Shown here in pieces: positions 1 to 5,977 of a stretch of 5,977 nt of DNA. Under the pieces are notes generated by a model. That model was not told the origin of the DNA. It ran no database searches and worked only from the letters and a program-made list of their open reading frames with translations. The DNA is from a virus (Duplodnaviria; Heunggongvirae; Uroviricota; Caudoviricetes): positions 1 through 5,977 of IMG/VR virus record IMGVR_UViG_3300029253_000091; one strand, given 5' to 3'. Position 1 is the stretch's first letter. Each line of letters opens with the position of its first letter. The position numbers were made by a program, and so were the translations under genes.

Positions 1-1
1 G

Positions 2-856
2 GCGACTCCCGTTCGTTACGATGCCCGTTCGGTCAGCACCGGTATTGCCGGACGCAGTCTGACCGCTGACCTGATTGACTGTGCAGCCGAACCGACACAG
101 TTTAACGGACGATCGCTGGTACAGATTGCGCAGGCGCTTGCTGCGCCTTTCGGCATTGAGGTGGTGAACAGCGGTGCGCCGTCGGGTGTTATTCCTGATG
201 TCCAGCCTGATCACGGTGAAACGGTGATTGAGGTAATCAACAAAATACTCGGTCAGCAGCAGGCACTGGCTTACGACGATCCGCACGGCAGGCTGGTGAT
301 TGGCGGTATTGGCTCAACGCGGGCACATACCGCGCTGGTACTTGGGGAAAACATCCTTTCCTGCGATACGGAGAAGAGTATCCGGGAGCGGTTTTCTGTT
401 TACCAGGTGGCGGGGCAGCGTGCCGGAAACGACGATGATTTCGGTGAGGCCACCACCACCGCGCTGCGGGCCCGCACAGAGGACGCATTTATTGCCCGTT
501 ACCGTCCGATGTATATCAGGCAGACAGGGCAGGCTACGGGGGCAGGCTGTATTGCGCGTGCTGACTTTGAAGCCCGGCAACGGGCGGCGCGGACGGATGA
601 AACCACCTATGTGGTGCAGGGCTGGCGACAGGGTAACGGTACGCTGTGGCAACCCAACCAGCGGGTGATTGTCTTTGATCCGGTCTGTGGTTTTGACAAT
701 ACCGAACTGCTTGTTTCGGAAGTCACGTTTACTCAGGACCAGAACGGCACCCTGACGGAAATCCGTGTCGGCCCGCCTGATGCTTATCTGCCTGAACCTG
801 AAGACCCCGGCGCGCGGAAAAAGAAAAAAGCCAGAGTACAGGAGGACCCGTTCTGA
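2..856 (+). CDS. Baseplate hub protein, Mu gp44 (P) / P2 gpD-like, C-terminal portion; 5' end lies upstream of the window
   Basis: Frame is open from nt 2 with no stop until TGA at 854-856. The listed start at 161 is an internal GTG, not a real start. High-GC coding bias. Position directly upstream of the spike, wedge and J genes matches Mu late-operon order. Lys-rich C-terminal tail (ARKKKKARVQEDPF). Confidence 0.6.
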   Translation, partial: ATPVRYDARSVSTGIAGRSLTADLIDCAAEPTQFNGRSLVQIAQALAAPFGIEVVNSGAPSGVIPDVQPDHGETVIEVINKILGQQQALAYDDPHGRLVIGGIGSTRAHTALVLGENILSCDTEKSIRERFSVYQVAGQRAGNDDDFGEATTTALRARTEDAFIARYRPMYIRQTGQATGAGCIARADFEARQRAARTDETTYVVQGWRQGNGTLWQPNQRVIVFDPVCGFDNTELLVSEVTFTQDQNGTLTEIRVGPPDAYLPEPEDPGARKKKKARVQEDPF

Positions 857-1404
857 TGAGGACGATTGAAGCCATGCAGCGACAACTTCTCGGCCTGATT
901 GGGCGGGCAGTGGTGAAAAGCATCAGTGCCGCCACGAAATGTCAGACCGTGGATGTGTCCCTGATTGCCGGTGAACCCAAAGCCGGGGTTGAACATCTTG
1001 AACCCTACGGTTTTACCGCAAGGGCAAACAGCGGTGCGGAAGCGGTGGTGTTGTTTCCGGATGGCGACCGTTCTCATGCGGTGGTTGTTACGGTGTCGGA
1101 CCGGCGCTACCGCCTGAAAGGGCTGCATACGGGGGAGGTGGCTGTCTATGACGATCAGGGGCAGTCCGTGACGCTGACCCGGGAGGGGATCGTGGTGGAC
1201 GGTGCAGGTAAAACAATCACGTTTCGCAATGCGCCTAAGGCTCGTTTTGAAATGGACCTGGAAGTGACCGGACAGGTGAAAGACCTGTGCGACTCCACCG
1301 GCACCACCATGTCAGCGATGCGGCTTGCCTATAACGGGCATCGTCACAGAGAGAACGGTCAGGGCAGTAACACCGACAAACCTGATAAAGCGATGGAGGC
1401 ATGA
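856..1404 (+). CDS. Baseplate central spike / assembly protein V-like (Mu gp45 / P2 gpV family)
   Basis: 182-aa ORF. ATG at 856 overlaps the upstream stop (TGATG). CAGGAGGA ribosome-binding site at 838-845. Size and synteny fit the gpV-like spike family. Confidence 0.75.
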   Translation: MRTIEAMQRQLLGLIGRAVVKSISAATKCQTVDVSLIAGEPKAGVEHLEPYGFTARANSGAEAVVLFPDGDRSHAVVVTVSDRRYRLKGLHTGEVAVYDDQGQSVTLTREGIVVDGAGKTITFRNAPKARFEMDLEVTGQVKDLCDSTGTTMSAMRLAYNGHRHRENGQGSNTDKPDKAMEA

Positions 1405-1829
1405 TGGAACTGTGGCTGACGGTGAACGGTAAACGCACCTGCGCCAGCGCACCGCTGGATCCGCTGACCCGTGCCGTGGTGATTTCCCTGTTCACCTGGC
1501 GGCGGGCTGAACCTGATGACAATGCCGACGTCCCGATGGGATGGTGGGGGGATACCTGGCCTGCGGTACAGAATGACCGTTACGGCTCCCGACTGTGGCT
1601 GCTTCAGCGCAGCAAACTGACCAATCAGCTGGTGCAGACGGTAAGGGGATATATCCGCGAATGCCTGCAATGGATGATTGATGACGGCGTGGTGTCCCGT
1701 ATTGATCTGGATATCCGCCGCACCGGGATTAATGAGCTGGGTAACAGTATCACCCTCTGGCGTCGTGACGGACCGGTAATGATTTCTTTTGATGATCTGT
1801 GGAGTGCGATAACGCATGGCGGACAGTGA
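1401..1829 (+). CDS. Small baseplate wedge protein (Mu gp46 / gp25-gpW-like)
   Basis: 142-aa ORF. Start overlaps the upstream stop (ATGATG at 1401-1406; the true start may be ATG 1404). GGAGG at 1395-1399. Size and position between spike and J-like gene. Confidence 0.65.
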   Translation: MMELWLTVNGKRTCASAPLDPLTRAVVISLFTWRRAEPDDNADVPMGWWGDTWPAVQNDRYGSRLWLLQRSKLTNQLVQTVRGYIRECLQWMIDDGVVSRIDLDIRRTGINELGNSITLWRRDGPVMISFDDLWSAITHGGQ

Positions 1830-2874
1830 ATTTCAACGCCCGACGCTGGCAGAAAATATCAGTATGCTCCGTAACGATTTATTCGCCAGGCTGGACGTCA
1901 GCGACACGCTCCGGCGCATGGATGAAGACGTGCGGGCAAAGGTGTATGCGGCGGCGCTGCATACGGTTTACGGTTACATCGATTATCTGGCAATGAACAT
2001 GCTGCCTGACCTGTGCGATGAGTCCTGGCTGGCGCGACATGCTGCGATGAAACGGTGTCCGCGCAAGGGGGCCACGTCTGCCAGCGGGTATATGCGCTGG
2101 GAAGGTGTCAGCGATGGCCTGAAGGTGACCGCCGGGAGTGTTATTCAGCGCGATGACCTGGTTCAGTACACGACAACTGACGATGCAACCAGCTCCGGTG
2201 GTGTCCTGCGCGTGCCGATCGCCTGCTCAAGTGCAGGTGCGGTCGGTAACGCTGACGACGGTACGGCATTAATCCTGGTCACGCCGGTGAATGGTCTGCC
2301 GTCTTCCGGTGTGGCTGACACCATTACAGGCGGATTTGATACTGAAGAGCTGGAAACGTGGCGCGCCCGCGTCATTGAGCGGTATTACTGGACGCCGCAG
2401 GGCGGGGCTGACGGGGACTATGTCGTTTGGGCTAAAGAAGTGCCCGGCATTACCCGCGCATGGACATACCGTCACTGGATGGGAACGGGAACTGTCGGTG
2501 TGATGATTGCCAGCAGTGACCTGATTAATCCCATTCCGGAAGAATCAACGGAAACGGCAGCAAGACAACATATCGGGCCACTGGCCCCGGTGGCAGGCTC
2601 TGATTTGTATGTATTCAGGCCGGTGGCACATACGGTGGATTTTCATATCCGCGTGACGCCGGACACACCAGAAATACGGGCTGCCATTACCGCGGAGTTG
2701 CGTTCGTTCCTGCTGCGTGATGGTTATCCGCAGGGAGAACTGAAGGTATCGCGTATCAGTGAGGCGATTTCCGGTGCGAACGGGGAATACAGCCATCAGT
2801 TGCTTGCACCGGTGGACAATATCTCCATTGCGAAAAACGAACTGGCGGTACTGGGGACGATTTCATGGACGTGA
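1816..2874 (+). CDS. Baseplate J-like protein (Mu gp47 / P2 gpJ / T4 gp6 family)
   Basis: 352-aa ORF overlapping the upstream gene by 14 nt. GGAG at 1801-1804. Length and position are typical of the Baseplate_J family. Confidence 0.8.
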   Translation: MADSEFQRPTLAENISMLRNDLFARLDVSDTLRRMDEDVRAKVYAAALHTVYGYIDYLAMNMLPDLCDESWLARHAAMKRCPRKGATSASGYMRWEGVSDGLKVTAGSVIQRDDLVQYTTTDDATSSGGVLRVPIACSSAGAVGNADDGTALILVTPVNGLPSSGVADTITGGFDTEELETWRARVIERYYWTPQGGADGDYVVWAKEVPGITRAWTYRHWMGTGTVGVMIASSDLINPIPEESTETAARQHIGPLAPVAGSDLYVFRPVAHTVDFHIRVTPDTPEIRAAITAELRSFLLRDGYPQGELKVSRISEAISGANGEYSHQLLAPVDNISIAKNELAVLGTISWT

Positions 2875-3449
2875 CAAACGATGATTACATCCGCCTGTTA
2901 TCGGCACTGTTGCCGCCCGGTCCGGCGTGGTCAGCCAGCGATCCGGCGATTGCCGGTGCGGCACCGTCATTAACCCGTGTTCATCAGCGTGCGGATGCCC
3001 TGATGCGGGAGCTGGATCCGCGCACCACCACTGAACTGATAAACCGCTGGGAGCGTCTGTGCGGTCTGCCGGATGAATGTATTCCCGCAGGGACACAGAC
3101 CCTTCGTCAGCGTCAGCAACGGCTGGATGCGAAGGTTAACCTGGCGGGCAGCATCAACGAGAATTTTTATCTTGCACAGCTTGCTGCCCTGGGCAGACCA
3201 GATGCCAACATCACGCGATACGACAAAAGCACGTTCACCTGCTCATCGGTCTGTACTGACGCGGTGAATGCGCCGGAATGGCGGTATTACTGGCAGGTCA
3301 ACATGCCAGCCGCCACAAACACCACCTGGATGACATGTGGCGATCCCTGTGATTCCGCGCTGCGTATCTGGGGCGACACCGTTGTCGAATGTGTGCTTAA
3401 CAAACTCTGCCCGTCGCATACCTACGTAATTTTTAAATATCCGGAGTAA
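2865..3449 (+). CDS. Tail/baseplate protein (Mu gp48 / P2 gpI-like, YmfQ/DUF2313-type)
   Basis: 194-aa ORF overlapping the upstream stop by 10 nt. Immediately precedes the tail fibre gene, as gpI-like genes do in Mu and P2 modules. Confidence 0.7.
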   Translation: MDVTNDDYIRLLSALLPPGPAWSASDPAIAGAAPSLTRVHQRADALMRELDPRTTTELINRWERLCGLPDECIPAGTQTLRQRQQRLDAKVNLAGSINENFYLAQLAALGRPDANITRYDKSTFTCSSVCTDAVNAPEWRYYWQVNMPAATNTTWMTCGDPCDSALRIWGDTVVECVLNKLCPSHTYVIFKYPE

Positions 3450-3452
3450 TCC

Positions 3453-4274
3453 ATGCATCGTATAGACACGAAAACCGCGCAGAAGGATAAGTTCGGCGCG
3501 GGTAAGAACGGTTTTACCCGTGGTAACCCCCAGACCGGCACACCTGCCACCGATCTGGATGATGACTACTTTGACATGTTGCAGGAGGAACTTTGCAGTG
3601 TTGTGGAGGCATCCGGTGCCAGCCTAGAGAAGGGGCGGCATGACCAGCTGCTTACAGCGCTTCGTGCGCTGCTGTTAAGCCGCAAGAATCCGTTTGGCGA
3701 TATCAAATCGGATGGCACGGTGAAAACGGCTCTCGAAAACCTTGGTTTGGGAGAAGGTGCTCCAGCTATTGGCGTTCCGTTCTTCTGGCCGTCCGCCGCA
3801 ATGCCAAATACTGTAATCGACAGTTGGTCCAGTATGGTGTTTTTGAAGTTCAACGGCGCGAAATTCTCTGCCACTGATTACCCTGTGCTGGCGAAAGTGT
3901 TTCCGGCGCTAGCATTACCTGACGCACGGGGTGATTTCATTCGTATCTGGGATGATGGGCGCGGGATTGATGTCGGACGTACCCTACTTTCAGGGCAATC
4001 ACACACAATTATGGATCATGCACACAATATGGAATTGTGGACGGGGGACGGGCTTGCCGCAGGAAGTGCACGGGAAGGAGTAAACCCAGGAATACTGGCT
4101 ACATACGGTGACGGGGGAATAGTTAAAACGGACGAACCCGGTCTTAAGGTGCCATCCTCACTACGAGCTCTTAGCTCTCGTAGTGTTAAACGTTATGGTG
4201 AAATTAGTGAAAATGTAGGTACAGAAACTCGTCCTCGTAACATCGCTTTTAATTATATTGTGAGGGCCGCATGA
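3453..4274 (+). CDS. Tail fibre protein S: constant N-terminus (Sc, codons 1-97) fused to variable C-terminus (Sv) in the present orientation
   Basis: 273-aa ORF. GGAG at 3443-3446 with 6-nt spacer to ATG 3453. N-terminus [21 protein letters not shown]... and C-terminal motif ...[16 protein letters not shown] are typical of phage tail fibres. The left crossover site lies at codons 93-101. Confidence 0.85.
   Translation: MHRIDTKTAQKDKFGAGKNGFTRGNPQTGTPATDLDDDYFDMLQEELCSVVEASGASLEKGRHDQLLTALRALLLSRKNPFGDIKSDGTVKTALENLGLGEGAPAIGVPFFWPSAAMPNTVIDSWSSMVFLKFNGAKFSATDYPVLAKVFPALALPDARGDFIRIWDDGRGIDVGRTLLSGQSHTIMDHAHNMELWTGDGLAAGSAREGVNPGILATYGDGGIVKTDEPGLKVPSSLRALSSRSVKRYGEISENVGTETRPRNIAFNYIVRAA
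3730..3755. other. Left gix/hix-like crossover site (inversion site inside S)
   Basis: CTCTCGAAAACC-TT-GGTTTGGGAGAA: two 12-bp half-sites with 9/12 dyad symmetry around a central TT. It resembles hix (TTATCAAAAACCTTGGTTTTCAAGAA) and gix as I recall them. Confidence 0.7.
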
Positions 4275-4876
4275 TGAATAAAGCTGTATTAAATAGCGAA
4301 CTCATTGCCATAAAAGCGGGAGATATTACCGTTTATAATTATGATGGTGAAACGCGGGAATATATTTCTACATCAACTGAATATCTTGCGGTTGGCGTCG
4401 GTATACCGGCATGTTCTTGTTTAGATGCACCAGTTACACATAAAGCTGGTTATGCAATCTGCCGTTCTGCAGATTTTAACTCATGGAAATATGTGCCAGA
4501 CCATCGCGGTGAAATCATCTATAGCACCGAAACAGGAGAATCGAAAGAAATCACAGCTCCGGGTGATTACCCTGAAAATACAACCACTATCGCCCCGTTA
4601 ACGCCATATGATAAATGGGATGGTGAGAAATGGGTGACGGATACTGAGGCACAGCATAGTGCCGCAGTAGACGCGGCAGAAGCACAGCGCCAGTCACTGA
4701 TTGATACTGCAATGGCCTCCATCAGTCTGATTCAGCTGAAATTGCAGGCCGGACGTAAACTAACGCAGGCAGAAACAACCCGCCTTAACGCTGTGCTGGA
4801 TTACATTGACGCGGTGACGGCAACAGATACCAGCACCGTGCCGGATGTCATCTGGCCTGAACTGCCGGAGGCGTAG
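4271..4876 (+). CDS. Tail fibre assembly protein U (Tfa family)
   Basis: 201-aa ORF. ATG overlaps the S stop (ATGA). GAGGG at 4262-4266. C-terminal segment ...[30 protein letters not shown] resembles the conserved Tfa C-terminal domain. Confidence 0.8.
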   Translation: MMNKAVLNSELIAIKAGDITVYNYDGETREYISTSTEYLAVGVGIPACSCLDAPVTHKAGYAICRSADFNSWKYVPDHRGEIIYSTETGESKEITAPGDYPENTTTIAPLTPYDKWDGEKWVTDTEAQHSAAVDAAEAQRQSLIDTAMASISLIQLKLQAGRKLTQAETTRLNAVLDYIDAVTATDTSTVPDVIWPELPEA

Positions 4877-5288
4877 GCCATTCAATATCTGGCGCACCGG
4901 AAGTATCGACCAGCTCCAGTGCGTCCAGATAATCCAGCCACAAATTATATTGCGCCAGTTCCTCACCTTTCAGACGACCAATAGCCGCTTTACCAGGCCA
5001 TTGTTTACTGTTCATATAATCGTTGGCCTGATTAATCAGTTGCTGCTTTTCCAGTTCGGCTGCAGCAATCTGTTCCTCATGTGTTGGTGGTGGAATTTCA
5101 GACCATGCAGGAAAACCATTTTCTCCAGCGATACGGATTTTTCCTTTCGGCGGTAATCCGGAAAACTCAATATACACTTGCTCATCAACTTCAACAGCAT
5201 CATCTGGCCATGAGTCAGCTTGAGTGTAATCCTCTTTCATCTCCAGCGGATAGAAAGAGTTTGTAGTCGCGGAATATATGTAATTCAT
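4848..5288 (-). CDS. Alternative tail fibre assembly protein U' (Tfa family), inside the invertible segment
   Basis: 146-aa ORF on the - strand. GGAGTG ribosome-binding site just upstream of its ATG. C-terminus ...[25 protein letters not shown] parallels the C-terminus of U. Its 3' end overlaps the 3' end of U. Confidence 0.8.
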   Translation of the reverse strand: MNYIYSATTNSFYPLEMKEDYTQADSWPDDAVEVDEQVYIEFSGLPPKGKIRIAGENGFPAWSEIPPPTHEEQIAAAELEKQQLINQANDYMNSKQWPGKAAIGRLKGEELAQYNLWLDYLDALELVDTSGAPDIEWPTPPAVQAR

Positions 5289-5309
5289 TTTTCACTCCAT
5301 ATAGCTAAA

Positions 5310-5663
5310 TTAACAGCCTAACGCTAAAAATGAAGCGCCGAGGCCAGGAGTACTGGCTCTGGATATAAATTTAACCGGGTCGGGACTAAAACCTGCACAG
5401 GCAATATAACCAACAGCCCCGCTATCTGGTGTGTAGTCTTGTGAGACCAAAACACGCAGACATCTGTTTGGAAATGCAATCGGGAAATGGGTTACTACAT
5501 CCTGTGCAATGCCTGGTGCGCCGATTGAGCCCCACTGAAGAATAAAACCTGATGGTAATTTTTGATATCCAGTACCTGAAACAGAAAGCGTGAAGCTACC
5601 CATATCAGGTATCTGATTCGCCCCTGTCCCTACATTCCTTTTAGCCGCTTCTCCCAAACCAAC
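5310..5663 (-). CDS. S'v: alternative tail fibre C-terminal cassette, with no start or promoter of its own in this orientation
   Basis: Open frame on the - strand from the right crossover site to TAA (5310-5312). It is in the same codon phase as Sc at the crossover. Followed 21 nt downstream by U' with its own ribosome-binding site. The listed Met at 5700-5702 lies beyond the crossover site and is probably not used. Confidence 0.7.
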   Translation of the reverse strand, partial: VGLGEAAKRNVGTGANQIPDMGSFTLSVSGTGYQKLPSGFILQWGSIGAPGIAQDVVTHFPIAFPNRCLRVLVSQDYTPDSGAVGYIACAGFSPDPVKFISRASTPGLGASFLALGC

Positions 5664-5674
5664 GTTTAAGAAAA
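5649..5674. other. Right gix/hix-like crossover site (inverted copy, inside S'v, 55 bp upstream of the invertase start)
   Basis: TTCTCCCAAACC-AA-CGTTTAAGAAAA. Its reverse complement shares a 15-bp perfect match (TTGGTTTGGGAGAAG) with the left site, including the central dinucleotide, with weaker similarity on either side. Confidence 0.7.
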
Positions 5675-5729
5675 TGCAGAGGTAACAGCTAACTGGCATC
5701 ATCTCCGGTTTTTATTCAGGGGGATGATC

Positions 5730-5977
5730 ATGCTTATTGGCTATGTACGCGTGTCAACAAATGACCAGAACACCGATTTGCAACGTAATGCACTGAACTG
5801 CGCGGGATGTGAGCAGATTTTTGAGGACAAAATCAGTGGCACTAAGTCCGACAGACCGGGGCTGAAAAAACTACTCAGGACACTATCGGCAGGAGACACG
5901 CTGGTTGTCTGGAAGCTGGACAGGTTGGGGCGCAGTATGCGGCATCTTGTTACGCTGATAGAAGAGTTGCGCCAGCG
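5730..5977 (+). CDS. Gin/Pin/Hin/Cin-family serine DNA invertase, N-terminal 82 residues; gene continues beyond the window
   Basis: N-terminus MLIGYVRVSTNDQNTDLQRNAL... matches what I recall of Gin and Pin, including the catalytic serine in YVRVSTNDQ, followed by ...DTLVVWKLDRLGRS. AGGGGGA ribosome-binding site at 5718-5724, 5 nt before the ATG. Sits immediately outside the right crossover site. Confidence 0.9.
   Translation, partial: MLIGYVRVSTNDQNTDLQRNALNCAGCEQIFEDKISGTKSDRPGLKKLLRTLSAGDTLVVWKLDRLGRSMRHLVTLIEELRQ
5811..5875. promoter_or_regulatory. Candidate Fis-dependent recombinational enhancer inside the 5' end of the invertase gene
   Basis: Two A/T-tract-centred segments, GAGCAGATTTTTGAGGAC (centre ~5819) and GGCTGAAAAAACTAC (centre ~5867), lie about 48 bp apart and 80-140 bp into the gene. 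This matches the enhancer position and Fis-site spacing known for Hin and Gin. Fis sites are degenerate, so this is tentative. Confidence 0.3.

Larger units (their letters stand above)
3730..5674. other. Invertible DNA segment (~1.95 kb, G-segment / P-region-like) carrying Sv-U and U'-S'v
   Basis: Bounded by the inverted crossover sites. Contains two convergent fibre/assembly gene sets. An invertase gene lies directly adjacent. Confidence 0.7.

Noticed and set aside
161-856. ORF-track start at 161 for the first gene
   Set aside because: Position 161 is GTG and the frame is open back to nt 2, so the gene begins upstream of the window.
237-3874. Antisense and alternate-frame ORFs inside the baseplate and S genes (for example 237-488 -, 314-652 -, 300-668 +, 784-1128 -, 1235-1522 -, 1359-1817 -, 2545-2796 -, 2863-3096 -, 3243-3458 -, 3566-3874 -)
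   Set aside because: They are fully embedded in strongly supported, translationally coupled genes. Their translations are Arg/Pro/Cys-rich, typical of off-frame reading of GC-rich DNA, and they lack ribosome-binding sites.
4159-4185. 9-bp perfect inverted repeat (CACTACGAG ... CTCGTAGTG) with a 9-nt loop inside Sv
   Set aside because: Expected by chance about once in a window of this size. It lies within coding sequence ([10 protein letters not shown]) and has no flanking U-tract or other regulatory context.
5111-5117. GAAAACC half-site-like heptamer inside U' as a possible third crossover site
   Set aside because: Only one half-site matches; the other arm does not. A 7-mer match is expected by chance.
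4760-5266. ORFs 4760-4966 (-), 4845-5156 (+) and 5081-5266 (+)
   Set aside because: 4760-4966 (-) lies antisense to the 3' end of U, while the two + strand ORFs are antisense to U'. All give low-complexity, hydrophobic translations, whereas the U and U' frames give recognisable Tfa-like proteins.
5697-5702. ATG-ATG at 5700-5702 and 5697-5699 (- strand) as an independent start for S'v
   Set aside because: It lies beyond the crossover site, with GGAG directly abutting the ATG and a stop three codons upstream. S'v is more plausibly expressed only after inversion fuses it to Sc. Leaky expression is not excluded.
1-5977. Looked for CRISPR repeats, tRNA or rRNA, IS terminal repeats, or a diversity-generating retroelement near the fibre genes
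   Set aside because: No regularly spaced direct repeats, no tRNA-like structure, no transposase or reverse-transcriptase ORF. Fibre variation here is explained by the invertase system.

Overview
This window is the distal end of a Mu-like phage or prophage tail morphogenesis operon, followed by a Gin/Pin-type invertible tail-fibre cassette and the 5' part of its serine invertase gene. Nothing here looks like a wholly new system; the main point of interest is the ~1.9 kb invertible host-range switch, whose two crossover sites can be read directly from the sequence. On the + strand, five baseplate genes (hub C-terminus, spike, gp25-like wedge, J-like wedge, gpI-like) are tightly coupled by overlapping stop/start codons, followed by tail fibre S (273 aa) and tail-fibre assembly U (201 aa). 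On the - strand lie an alternative assembly gene U' (146 aa) and a promoterless alternative fibre C-terminal cassette S'v. The crossover sites are 26-bp imperfectly palindromic sequences at 3730-3755 (inside S) and 5649-5674 (inside S'v), in inverted orientation, and inversion would fuse the constant N-terminus of S in frame to S'v. The cassette is visibly more AT-rich than the baseplate genes. All family assignments are from reading the translations and from memory of these families; no database search was run. No tRNA, rRNA, CRISPR array, IS element or defence-system hallmark was seen.
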